Made by a program: the position numbers and the translations under genes. From NCBI GenBank assembly GCA_900552265.1, contig URZE01000003.1, forward strand, positions 23,336 through 87,335: a stretch of 64,000 bases of DNA, written 5' to 3'. This stretch comes from an uncultured Oscillospiraceae bacterium. GTDB taxonomy: Bacteria > Bacillota > Clostridia > Oscillospirales > Acutalibacteraceae. This document shows, in pieces, positions 52,259 through 62,096 of the stretch. Position 1 is the first letter of the stretch. The number at the start of each line of letters is the position of its first letter. The notes beneath the pieces were generated by a model, which searched no databases, had not been told where the DNA came from, and saw only the letters and a list, made by a program, of their open reading frames with translations.

Positions 52259-52334
52259 TGGAGCTACCGGGCGGACTCGAACCGCCGACCTGCTGATTAC
52301 GAATCAGCTGCTCTACCAACTGAGCCACGGTAGC
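52259..52334 (-). tRNA. tRNA-Thr (anticodon CGT)
   Basis: Minus-strand gctaccgtggctcagttggtagagc...ttCGTaa...ggttcgagtccgcc...ggtagctcca. Confidence 0.85.
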
Positions 52335-52458
52335 ACTCACGCGGTGTTATTATACACTATGCTAAAATGCTAGTCAATAATATCAAAAATAAAAGCAACA
52401 CATCCATACCCACAAATGAACATGTTGCTTAAAATATATTAAAATTAACTAAATATCA

Positions 52459-53439
52459 TTACATAATAGGACAACCACAACACTGATTGGCAAATACACG
52501 AGCATAATAGTCCGCAGAACTACTCGGATAACCACGTGATATCACACTATAATCATCTTCACTATTAGAGTATTCCAATATTTTCACACCTCCAGAAGGG
52601 AATGTTATATTCTGTCCACGTTGCGACGAACCAAACGGACTATACCCATAAGTAACCCAAACCTTACTTTCCGACAAATCAACACTCTCTACATCATACG
52701 TAGGACAACCGCGCCCACAAAATCTATCCCCACTAAAGGCATCTCGGCCAATTTTATAAACATTCCCCCTGACTATTACCTTCTTTATATTTTTAAATAA
52801 CTTACCACCAGTTTCTTTTTCCAAAACTTCTATAGCTTCCTGCCTAGCTTCCCAACGAGCATTTACATCATCAAGATTAGTTCTAGCACGGCGATAATCT
52901 TCTCTGTACTCTCCCTCGCTTTTAGGATTTCTTTCCAATGCTTGATCAACTAACATACCATCTTCCACAGCGGTTACCTTTTCAAGCATTTCAGAATTAC
53001 CAGGAGCAAGCGCATTCACACAAAAACCATACACAGTGCCGTATTTGGTTCCTTCTCTACCTGTAACAATAAAAGTTTCCGAACTTTCATCATATTCATA
53101 CACAATATTGTCGAACACCACCACATTAGCATGATAGTGATTGCAAATATTATACACAAAACTCTGAACGTAACTGCATTCTTGTAATACTTTCGGATGA
53201 CCAGTAGACATAAGACCTATCCTGTATTCCGAAGTTTTCTCACCAAACTCCACAACAATTTTTCCTTCATCGGTTCTCTTAACAGTATATTCAATAGGAA
53301 CCATTTCGGAACTTTCACCCTTATCCTTCTTCCAATCACTAATAACAGTATCCTGTGCACAAACTATCGATTGCGGTAAAAAGACACATTCAAGTGACAG
53401 TACGGCTGCCAATGACAACATTTTAACTCCAATTTTCAT
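52459..53439 (-). CDS. hypothetical secreted protein (signal peptide; Cys-rich C-terminus)
   Basis: Start probably the ATG at 53439 (MKIGVKMLSLAAVLSLECVFLPQSIVCA-QDT signal peptide, RBS AAAGGA). No recognisable catalytic motif. C-terminus ...ANQCCGCPIM. Confidence 0.45.
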   Translation of the reverse strand: MKIGVKMLSLAAVLSLECVFLPQSIVCAQDTVISDWKKDKGESSEMVPIEYTVKRTDEGKIVVEFGEKTSEYRIGLMSTGHPKVLQECSYVQSFVYNICNHYHANVVVFDNIVYEYDESSETFIVTGREGTKYGTVYGFCVNALAPGNSEMLEKVTAVEDGMLVDQALERNPKSEGEYREDYRRARTNLDDVNARWEARQEAIEVLEKETGGKLFKNIKKVIVRGNVYKIGRDAFSGDRFCGRGCPTYDVESVDLSESKVWVTYGYSPFGSSQRGQNITFPSGGVKILEYSNSEDDYSVISRGYPSSSADYYARVFANQCCGCPIM

Positions 53440-53762
53440 AAACAAAACAATCCTTTCTTTTAATTTATTTATAATTATATTATAATATTTATTGTAACAA
53501 ATTGGAATACAAAACAAATTTTAGTATTTATGTATTTTTTTGTAAATTTAAAATAAAAATAATACAGTAACACAAAAGTATACCATTTACATAATAATAT
53601 AATCTTTTATTTTATTCATTACACACTAATATTTTTTATAACAGAATAAAGTTAACCGGTACAAAATTAATAAATTCCGTCATCGTCATATTTTTTTGAC
53701 ATTCACTGTATTATGATATATGTTTTTAAATATAAATATAAATTTATGTGGGAGTTGTATCT

Positions 53763-54698
53763 ATGAGTTTGGTAAACACTAAAAACATGCTAAGCAAGGC
53801 TTATAAAGAGGGATATGCCGTAGGAGCTTTTAATGTAAACAATATGGAAATAATTCAGGGAATTATGAATGCCGTAAACGAACTTTCTTCACCGGTTATT
53901 CTCCAGGCTTCTGCGGGAGCCAGGAAATACGCAGGAGCCACATATATGAAAAAACTTGTGGAAGCAGCCGAACATGAAAGTAACGTTCCGATAGCTTTAC
54001 ATCTGGACCATGGAGATTCTTTTGAAATATGCAAAAACTGTATCGACAGCGGTTTCACATCTGTTATGATAGACGGTTCTTCACTGAGCTATGATGAAAA
54101 TATTGAAATTACAGCAAAAGTAAGCGAATATGCTCACAAATACGGCGTTACGGTTGAAGGAGAACTTGGAAGTTTATCCGGCATAGAAGATAACATAAAT
54201 GTAATCGAAAACAAATCTTTTTACACAAATCCTGACCAAGTTGAAGATTTTGTACGAAAAACAAATGTCGATTCTCTTGCCGTCGCTATAGGAACAAGCC
54301 ACGGAGCATACAAATTCAAACCCGGTCAAAAAGCCGAACTTAGGTTCGACATTTTAAAGGAAATAGAAAAAAAATTACCTGAATTTCCTATCGTATTACA
54401 CGGAGCGTCAAGCGTAATTCCCGAATTCGTGGAAGAAATAAATAAATTCGGAGGAAACTTAGGAAAAGCCATGGGTATACCTGAATCAATGTTGAAAGAA
54501 GCTGCAAAAATGGCAGTTTGCAAAATAAACGTAGATTCTGACTTAAGACTTGCAATGACTGCTAAAATAAGAAAAAGTCTTTTTGAAAATCCTGAAAATT
54601 TTGATCCGAGAAAATATCTCTCTCCGGCGAGAGAAGCCATTGAATTAATAGTAAAACACAAAATAATAAACGTACTGGGTTGTGCCGGAAAAGCATAA
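53763..54698 (+). CDS. fba: fructose-bisphosphate aldolase, class II
   Basis: MSLVNTKNMLSKAYKEGYAVGAFNVNNME...LHLDHG. ATG at 53763 with GGGAG RBS (the ORF track starts at an upstream GTG). Confidence 0.9.
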   Translation: MSLVNTKNMLSKAYKEGYAVGAFNVNNMEIIQGIMNAVNELSSPVILQASAGARKYAGATYMKKLVEAAEHESNVPIALHLDHGDSFEICKNCIDSGFTSVMIDGSSLSYDENIEITAKVSEYAHKYGVTVEGELGSLSGIEDNINVIENKSFYTNPDQVEDFVRKTNVDSLAVAIGTSHGAYKFKPGQKAELRFDILKEIEKKLPEFPIVLHGASSVIPEFVEEINKFGGNLGKAMGIPESMLKEAAKMAVCKINVDSDLRLAMTAKIRKSLFENPENFDPRKYLSPAREAIELIVKHKIINVLGCAGKA

Positions 54699-54793
54699 AA
54701 ATAAGTATTTAGGCGATTTTTGATATAAAATCTTAATTAGAAATAAAAAACTATCCGTCGAATCTTTTTAAGAAACGACGGACTTTCTGATTT

Positions 54794-54869
<76 letters not shown>

Positions 54870-55054
54870 AACTGATGTTTGCATTATATCATGTTTTGGT
54901 TTGATTATCAAGAAAATTTTTAATTAAATTTATATTATTCACGTTATAAATATTTTTTAGTACAATTCCAAATATTTATAAAATATATCTTGATTTTTTT
55001 GCTATCATTTCATAAAATATTTATATAAAAATAAGATAATCAGGAGATGATAGT

Positions 55055-55324
55055 GTGAATTCAGAAAGATATAACGGCAGAAAATTTGAAAGATATGCTC
55101 TAACTGATGCAGAACTAAGAAATGTTTTCGGAGGTATGGAAATTAAAAACGAATCCACTTATAAACTTACTCTTGAAGAAGCATTCAGATTGAAAAATTC
55201 AGGCTATGAACTCGCTCAAACAAGTACCGGGGACTATGTAATCAAAAATAAAGACGGTACATCTCCGGATTCATCGGAAATAAAAAATATATTGGAAAAA
55301 TTTTATAATAAAACTTCATCTTAA
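55055..55324 (+). CDS. double-glycine leader precursor peptide (27-aa leader, 62-aa soluble Cys-free core)
   Basis: GTG start with AGGAG RBS. Leader MNSERYNGRKFERYALTDAELRNVFGG matches LSxxELxxIxGG. Core MEIKNESTYKLTLEEAFRLKNSGYELAQTSTGDYVIKNKDG.... Confidence 0.5.
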   Translation: MNSERYNGRKFERYALTDAELRNVFGGMEIKNESTYKLTLEEAFRLKNSGYELAQTSTGDYVIKNKDGTSPDSSEIKNILEKFYNKTSS

Positions 55325-55435
55325 ATTTTTAAAATGTTTAAAAAAATAGTGAATCACCTTTTTAATCATTCGTCATAAAAACGATTTTTTAAGAAGGTGA
55401 TATTTTAATGTCTTTTAATATGAAAGCTAAAAACT

Positions 55436-56731
55436 TTATTTTTTTGAAGATTCAATAAATTCTTTCGCTTCCTTCATTATCGAAAAAGAGCCATACACAA
55501 TTATTCCATCGTAATCCTTACCTGTCTTAAACGTATTTTTTAAAGCTTCCGAAACACTTTTAAAACTCTTTGCATTACTGTTGTAAAATTTAACGATTTC
55601 GGTAATTTTTTCAAGCGACAAAGCTCTGTCATTATTCGGCTCAACGGTACAAACCATACTAAAAAGTGGTGCTGTTTGCTTTATTACACTCCTATAATCT
55701 TTATCCTTAAACATACCTACTATTGCCAAAAGTTTTTTACCTTTTAAGTTAACCTTTATAAAATCACTTAAAGATTTCGCTCCGTCAGGATTATGCGCTC
55801 CATCCAAAATTATAAGAGGTTCAGTTTCCACTTTCTCCAATCGGCACGGCATATATGCTTTCAGTACTCCATTTAATAAAGCTTCTTTATCTATAGAAAA
55901 CCTTTTTTTTATGCATTCCAAAGCAGTTAATGCCGTACAAATATTTTTTAACTGATGAGTTCCCAAAAGATGAGTTTTTAATTTAAAATTTTTCCACTCA
56001 AATGAAGTCCCATCATCAATTGAAAAAATAGGATTTTTTATATCTGACAAATCTGCAACTATAACAGGACTGCTTAAATCTCGGGCTTTTTTTAATATTT
56101 CTTGATGTGCTTCAAACGGCATCTCAGGGCCCAATACTACAGGACAATATTTTTTAATAATTCCTGCTTTTTCTCTTGCTATTTCAGACAATGAGTTACC
56201 TAAAACAGCAGTATGGTCAGTTGAAATTGACGTAATTACGGAACATATTGAATTTTCTATTATATTTGTGGCATCAAGTCTACCTCCAAGCCCGGTTTCA
56301 AGAACTACCACATCACATTTTTCATCATAAAAATACTTAAACGCCATTGCAGTTGTAAATTCAAATTCTGTTATGGGATCTTTTTTAAATATTTCTTCTT
56401 CGGCAAAAGGTTCTAAAAATTCCGTCAATTCACAAATTTTATCTTCAGATATTGACTCGGAACAAATCTTTATTCTCTCTGAAAAATCAATCACGGATGG
56501 AGAAGTATAAATTCCAACTTTGTATCCCGCTTCAGACAATATTGATGATATAACAGCACATGTAGAACCCTTTCCATTTGTACCGGCAACATGTATATAT
56601 TTTAATTTGTTTTGTGGATTACCAATCATATCCATAAATACTTTAAATCGTTCAAGTCCGAGTTTTGACCCAAATCTGAGTCTGTTTTCTATTTTTTTCA
56701 AAGCTTCTCTGTATCTTAGCAAAATATTCAC
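55436..56731 (-). CDS. folC: bifunctional folylpolyglutamate synthase / dihydrofolate synthase
   Basis: HVAGTNGKGST P-loop. Mur-ligase fold. 431 aa. Confidence 0.88.
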   Translation of the reverse strand: MNILLRYREALKKIENRLRFGSKLGLERFKVFMDMIGNPQNKLKYIHVAGTNGKGSTCAVISSILSEAGYKVGIYTSPSVIDFSERIKICSESISEDKICELTEFLEPFAEEEIFKKDPITEFEFTTAMAFKYFYDEKCDVVVLETGLGGRLDATNIIENSICSVITSISTDHTAVLGNSLSEIAREKAGIIKKYCPVVLGPEMPFEAHQEILKKARDLSSPVIVADLSDIKNPIFSIDDGTSFEWKNFKLKTHLLGTHQLKNICTALTALECIKKRFSIDKEALLNGVLKAYMPCRLEKVETEPLIILDGAHNPDGAKSLSDFIKVNLKGKKLLAIVGMFKDKDYRSVIKQTAPLFSMVCTVEPNNDRALSLEKITEIVKFYNSNAKSFKSVSEALKNTFKTGKDYDGIIVYGSFSIMKEAKEFIESSKK

Positions 56732-56790
56732 CTATCATAATCTTTAGTATTTATATTTTATTTTTTAGATTTAACTCGGTATTATATACT

Positions 56791-57972
56791 TTAAGAAGTT
56801 ATGATTTTAAAGGATTCCTCACAACCACACGACTTTATTTCAGACGAGAACAAACTGTACAAGTCAGAAGCTCTACATTCAGTCTTAAAAACTTCTTTTG
56901 ACTTTTCAGATAACTTCTTTACTCCGGAATAATTACACACAATCGGTAAAGACGCCGTTTTTTTTGCTATTTTGAGTATTTCATGACCTTTCTCGTTCAC
57001 TCCTAAAACTCTAATATACGGAACTGAAGTATCTTGAATATCCTTGTTTATCCCTAAAAAATTACACATCAAAATCCTTTTTATCCTCGACATAGTATAT
57101 CTCTTGGTTTTAACAGAACAAAGAAAATCAGTCAGACAAATACTTTTTTTTGCTGCTTTTATAATTCTGTTTTCAAGACCTTCGCTTATGTCTGAAAGTT
57201 TAATAATATCATTTATCGACGTAGTTCTGAGATTATACATAATTGATTGATTCGCATATTCCAAACAATGAACTATGTTTCCTTTTGACAATTCTTTCGA
57301 TATGGCTTCACAGGAAGATTTCGGAATATATTTTTTAAATTCATTATCAGAAGCTTTTATCATTTGACGTATTTCGGAAGCAGAACGATATGTATGCAGA
57401 GTATCTCTACATAACCTTTTTACTGTAACTGGTTCAATATCAAGTCCTAATTTATTTATCCCTTTAATATACTCCACTCCGAGAATATTGTTTGGATCAC
57501 GAAGATATTCACTTAAATTTTTATTCTCCGAAACTGAATTTACAGCCATTTCTCTGGCTTTGGCAAACGTTACTCCCGTACTCAAGTTCTTTTTAAGAAA
57601 ATAAAAAAATTTATCAGATTCCAAAATTTTAGCTGTCTTACGCAAACAATTTATATCTCCGCACTCGCTACCGAATGCCAAAGCATCAACACATCCCAAC
57701 CCACCAGCTATTTCTACTCCGGACAAAGCATACTTTTCCGCTGAAGTTAACGTCCACACTACAGGCATTTCCAATACAGCATCTGCTCCGTTTAAAAGAG
57801 CTGCTTTTACTCTTAACCGTTTTGAAATTATCGCAGGTTCTCCACGCTGTACAAAGTTTCCGCTCATTATCACTACAATATGCGTAAATCCAAGTTTTCT
57901 TATCTCGTCCATGAGGTACTTGTGACCGTTATGAAAAGGATTAAACTCGGCTATTACTGCACATATTTTCAT
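56791..57972 (-). CDS. tmcAL: tRNA(Met) cytidine acetate ligase (TmcAL, UPF0348 nucleotidyltransferase family)
   Basis: MKICAVIAEFNPFHNGH (HxGH nucleotidyltransferase motif). Likely ATG at 57972 with GAGGAA RBS. Confidence 0.7.
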   Translation of the reverse strand: MKICAVIAEFNPFHNGHKYLMDEIRKLGFTHIVVIMSGNFVQRGEPAIISKRLRVKAALLNGADAVLEMPVVWTLTSAEKYALSGVEIAGGLGCVDALAFGSECGDINCLRKTAKILESDKFFYFLKKNLSTGVTFAKAREMAVNSVSENKNLSEYLRDPNNILGVEYIKGINKLGLDIEPVTVKRLCRDTLHTYRSASEIRQMIKASDNEFKKYIPKSSCEAISKELSKGNIVHCLEYANQSIMYNLRTTSINDIIKLSDISEGLENRIIKAAKKSICLTDFLCSVKTKRYTMSRIKRILMCNFLGINKDIQDTSVPYIRVLGVNEKGHEILKIAKKTASLPIVCNYSGVKKLSEKSKEVFKTECRASDLYSLFSSEIKSCGCEESFKIITS

Positions 57973-58363
57973 ATTTTCCTCATTTACAAATAGCAAATTA
58001 TTGAACCTATAAGTCCGCTGATCATCAAAAAAGAACCTACAATAGCTAAAATTTTAATAATTCTTTTTCTTCGATACCCATGAGTTTTTTTATAATTTTT
58101 AAATTCTTTTTTTATTACATTATTGTTTTTCACAAATATTTCTCCTTTGGTTTTGATAATATAACCATTATAGTACGAATTTTTTTCATTGGCAAACGAA
58201 TATAGCTAATTTTCGTACCAAAAAATTCTTTGAATTGTACATACGAAAAAATATTTTAATAAAAATCAAAAATATACAGTTCTAAAACCGTTATTAAACA
58301 AATATCTATATTTCGGACGGGCTTTTAACCCCATTATCTTCATTTGGAAAGGAAAACCGTACT

Positions 58364-58657
58364 ATGGATGAAATTACAGAACTTGAGTATACAACCGATA
58401 CAAATACCGTAAAAAAATCCAAAACTATAAATTTACTTGCAGTAAGATTTGTCGTATGCATTACAGTACTACTGGGAATTACTTTTATCAGACTCAATAA
58501 CATATATTACTTTGACAGTTTTAAATATCTATATCTCGAAAAATTTTGCGAAGAAAAGTATGATTCCCAAGAAATAAAATTACGAATCAAAAAAATTTTA
58601 TCAAAAGCTAAAAACAAAGCAGATCAATTTCTAAAAAATTCTCATTCTAATCCATAA
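58364..58657 (+). CDS. hypothetical small bitopic membrane protein
   Basis: 97 aa. One TM (LLAVRFVVCITVLLGITFI) then a charged helical tail. 3' end overlaps the convergent PBP gene by 11 nt. Confidence 0.35.
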   Translation: MDEITELEYTTDTNTVKKSKTINLLAVRFVVCITVLLGITFIRLNNIYYFDSFKYLYLEKFCEEKYDSQEIKLRIKKILSKAKNKADQFLKNSHSNP

Positions 58658-60263
58658 AAAGTTCAGGAATTTCAGAAATCATTCTATCTGTAATTTCTTT
58701 AAAAACCGGACCACAGCTTTCTCCACCACCGGATCCTGCTTCAGACAAAACAACTATTGAATATTTTGGGTTTTCATACGGAAAAAATCCCGCAAACCAG
58801 GACTGTTCTATTTTTTTACCATCTTCTATTATTCCTGTCTGAGCAGTTGATGTTTTTGCAGCTGCTTCTGTTTTTTCCGGCTTTCCTTTTTCACTGGTAC
58901 CGTAATCTATAGATGCTTTCATATGAGATTTGAGCTTTTTTGCGGTTACTTCCGATATGATTCTCTCTTTTTTGGATTCAATGATATTTTTTTTGATTAT
59001 TTTCATATTTTCATCTGTAAGACCTTTAACAAGTTTCGGATTACTGTACACTCCACCTGATGCAATAGTATTTATTATACCCGTTATCTGAAGCGGAGTC
59101 GCCATAAGTTTACCCTGTCCAAACGAAAAGTTGGCAAGTGTTTTTATATTTTTTAAACTCTCTTCACACGGTAAAATTCCCGCATTTGAATTCATTGACG
59201 GTGCAAGCGAAACGGATTCACCGAGTTTAAATTTCTTAGCCATACACAGCAAAGCATCAAATGGCATTTTTTTAATAAGTTCTATAAAATATCCATTGCA
59301 CGAATGTGCCAAAGCTTGTTCCATATTTACAATTCCATGCTTTTTTCCATTAAAGCATTTAAAAGAGGCATCTTCGACTTTATTAACTCCTTCGCACTCA
59401 TAAATCGTATCTTCGCTTATTCCTCTTTCAAGCGCTGTCGCAGAAGTCACAAGCTTAAATATTGAACCTAAATTAAAAGAACACATTACCCGATTTAAAA
59501 GCGGAGAATTTTTATCATTAAGATACGGTGCTACATTACCCGGTAAAAATCCCGGAAAACTCGAACAAGCCCTTATTTCACATCTCGGTACTTCGCTTAC
59601 TATAACAGCTCCTCTCGAAATGTATTTATTCGCAGCTTCTTCAGCAATGGCTTGAATTCGGCTGTCAATGTTAAGCACTACACCTTTCGACACAAGATAT
59701 GATTTGTCTTCAATAAATTCTTCTTTACCAGGTAAAATTTTCCCCGATGCATCCACACTGTAATTTACACGTATATCATGATTATTCCCGAAAAGATAGT
59801 CGTCATATACTTTCTCTATACCGGATACACCCTTCTTATCTCCCGATATATATCCTATTATATGAGATGCAAGAGTAACTCCGCTGTATCTTACCGGTAC
59901 TTCAAATACTCTTACATAAGGCGAATTTACTTTCTTACTGACTTCTATAGTAAACGGAGTATTTTTTGAACATTTCTTGTATAACTCTTCTTTCTTATCA
60001 TCTGAAACAACAGGAGTAAGTACTGAAAGCGATTCCGTACACGGTACTGCCGCAGCTATAAGTTTCTTTTTTGTATTAACAAGAGGAATATTTCTACAAT
60101 CATATATGGTCCCTCTTATGTCCGCTATTTTTAAATTATACGTCTGCTGATTCAAAGCTGCGTCATAAAGAGTTTCTTTATCAGAAAGATAATCCAAACA
60201 AAAAAACGCCATACAAAACATAAACATAAACAATCCATATAGTATCAGACATCTTTTATACAT
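58647..60263 (-). CDS. class B penicillin-binding protein (transpeptidase; SpoVD/PBP2-like)
   Basis: N-terminal TM anchor, dimerisation domain, transpeptidase motifs SIFK (SxxK), SCN (SxN) and a KTST variant of KTG(T/S). Likely ATG at 60263 with GAGAGG RBS. Confidence 0.75.
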   Translation of the reverse strand: MYKRCLILYGLFMFMFCMAFFCLDYLSDKETLYDAALNQQTYNLKIADIRGTIYDCRNIPLVNTKKKLIAAAVPCTESLSVLTPVVSDDKKEELYKKCSKNTPFTIEVSKKVNSPYVRVFEVPVRYSGVTLASHIIGYISGDKKGVSGIEKVYDDYLFGNNHDIRVNYSVDASGKILPGKEEFIEDKSYLVSKGVVLNIDSRIQAIAEEAANKYISRGAVIVSEVPRCEIRACSSFPGFLPGNVAPYLNDKNSPLLNRVMCSFNLGSIFKLVTSATALERGISEDTIYECEGVNKVEDASFKCFNGKKHGIVNMEQALAHSCNGYFIELIKKMPFDALLCMAKKFKLGESVSLAPSMNSNAGILPCEESLKNIKTLANFSFGQGKLMATPLQITGIINTIASGGVYSNPKLVKGLTDENMKIIKKNIIESKKERIISEVTAKKLKSHMKASIDYGTSEKGKPEKTEAAAKTSTAQTGIIEDGKKIEQSWFAGFFPYENPKYSIVVLSEAGSGGGESCGPVFKEITDRMISEIPELFMD

Positions 60264-60330
60264 ACAAAAAACCAACCTCTCTTAGGTAAATGCTTACCTA
60301 ATTAAGTATTGGCTTTTTTTTATCAACTAT

Positions 60331-60888
60331 TTAAAATTTAAGAATCCATCTTAAAACCCCACATGGTTCAGCACTATTAACCTTACCAGTGACTGCATTA
60401 GCTGCCATGGTCACTCCTTCTACAGCACCTGTAGTTGCATGAAGCGTACCCGTAGCTGCACTGGTTAATCCTTTCACAGCACCCGTAGTTGCATGAAGCG
60501 TATCCCTAGCTTCACTGGTTAATCCTTCCACGGCACCTGTGGTTGCACGAAGCGTATCCTTAGCTGCATCAATAGCTTCTCCACTTTTTTTAGCAAAATA
60601 TACGATACTTCCGGCTACAGCAATATAAAGGGCACATTTTGCTGCATCTTTTATTCTCCCAGAGACAGATCTACCATTTCCACCATTGATATTTTCCAAA
60701 TCACATTCCTTTATAGAACTTTTCATTCCAAGACGGACTAAATTAGTTATTTCTTTAATATCCTCGTCGGACAAATCCACTCCCTTACTCTTAAATAAAA
60801 TTTTAAACTCTTCAGGTGAATTCGCATTTAAAACTTCTTTCATAAAACTTTCATTTTTTAAAATATCATTTAATTTTTCACTGTTCAC
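60331..60888 (-). CDS. Nif11-like leader / double-glycine precursor protein with TM helix and three 18-aa repeats
   Basis: 185 aa. Nif11-type N-terminal domain (EKLNDILKNESFMKEVLNANSPEEFKILFKSKGVDLSDEDIKEI), leader end CDLENINGG, then a hydrophobic helix CALYIAVAGSIVYFA, then TL(R/H)ATTGAV(E/K)GLTS... ×3. GTG start with GGAGG RBS. 55 bp upstream of the PBP and 59 bp downstream of mltG. Confidence 0.55.
   Translation of the reverse strand: MNSEKLNDILKNESFMKEVLNANSPEEFKILFKSKGVDLSDEDIKEITNLVRLGMKSSIKECDLENINGGNGRSVSGRIKDAAKCALYIAVAGSIVYFAKKSGEAIDAAKDTLRATTGAVEGLTSEARDTLHATTGAVKGLTSAATGTLHATTGAVEGVTMAANAVTGKVNSAEPCGVLRWILKF
60405..60566. repeat. 54-bp tandem repeat ×3 (coding) inside the Nif11-repeat gene
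   Basis: gcacctgtagttgcatgaagcgtacccgtagctgcactggttaatcctttcaca-like units are visible in the DNA. Confidence 0.7.
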
Positions 60889-60947
60889 AATTCAATCCTC
60901 CAATTTTTTAATATATTTTCGAATATTATTATAATATTTTATCAAAA

Positions 60948-62096
60948 TTATTTCAACCCTGCTTTTTTCAAGTTTGCAATGTGAGAATCATTTGTTTTAG
61001 CGTAAAAAGCTTCTCCGCTCGCACTGTGACAGTAGTAATAATACTGAGTATCAGCCGGATTCAAGGCAGCAAGAATCGCATCGATACCGGGATTACATAT
61101 GGGTCCGGGAGGTAAACCCTCGATCTTATAGGTATCATAGTCACTTTGGAAGGTTTTTGCAATATTTTTCGGAATTGCCGACTTTGTTTTATAAGGATAG
61201 TACACTGTAGAATCGATTCGGAGAACGCTTATCGAAAATTCTCCAAATGGATTTTGTCCTTTATTTTGAAGCGTTTTGAGTCGATTATGGATTACCGATG
61301 AAACAAGATACATATCGTCTCTGTTCGCAGCTTCCGCCTGAATAAGTGAAGCTATATTCATAAGTTTATCCAACGTCATTGACTTTGATTGAGCTAATTC
61401 TTTTATACTTACTTTTTCTTTATAGTCTTCCAAATTGGTTTTTTTGATTACTTTTTTATTATAGTTGTTCAATATTTTTACAATTACGTCTGAAGCGTTT
61501 TCACCCTGATAAAATTTATAGGTATCGGGAAAAAGATAACCTTCAAGTTTATAAACTCGTTTTTTGGAATTGTCAACGTCTTTCAGGAACGTATACTTTT
61601 CATCAAATTTATTTGATTTACAAAGTTTAAGAAAATCATCCTTTTTACACACTTTACTACTCTCAAGAATTTGTGCATAATCCAAGATATTCATTCCCTC
61701 GGTGAAAGTTATTTCCGAAACCTCATTAATATTTGTCTGATTTTTAAGACGATTTATTATAGCTTGATAGTCCATACTTGTATCGAGTTCGTAAATTCCA
61801 CCTGAAAATGCTCCCGAAAACTTTGTTACACGAGCATAAATTTTAAAAAATTCTTTTTCTGAAATAATCCCGTTTTCTTTCAGACTCTCGGCTATTTCCT
61901 CCAGTGAAGCTTCATCCGGAATTTCTACCATTGCAACGCTTGAAGGTTTTCCGACAGCTAACATGTCATTTATTCCGACAAGAATATATCTTGAAAGCAA
62001 AACGGAAATTAAAACAAGAAATACAATCCATGACATTCTGAAAAAAAGACCATTTTTCTGATATCTATCTGTGTTTTCTTTTTTTACTGATTTCAT
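60948..62096 (-). CDS. mltG: endolytic murein transglycosylase MltG (YceG family)
   Basis: 382 aa. N-terminal TM. YceG-like domain with conserved …LVSSVIHNRL… motif. Confidence 0.85.
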   Translation of the reverse strand: MKSVKKENTDRYQKNGLFFRMSWIVFLVLISVLLSRYILVGINDMLAVGKPSSVAMVEIPDEASLEEIAESLKENGIISEKEFFKIYARVTKFSGAFSGGIYELDTSMDYQAIINRLKNQTNINEVSEITFTEGMNILDYAQILESSKVCKKDDFLKLCKSNKFDEKYTFLKDVDNSKKRVYKLEGYLFPDTYKFYQGENASDVIVKILNNYNKKVIKKTNLEDYKEKVSIKELAQSKSMTLDKLMNIASLIQAEAANRDDMYLVSSVIHNRLKTLQNKGQNPFGEFSISVLRIDSTVYYPYKTKSAIPKNIAKTFQSDYDTYKIEGLPPGPICNPGIDAILAALNPADTQYYYYCHSASGEAFYAKTNDSHIANLKKAGLK

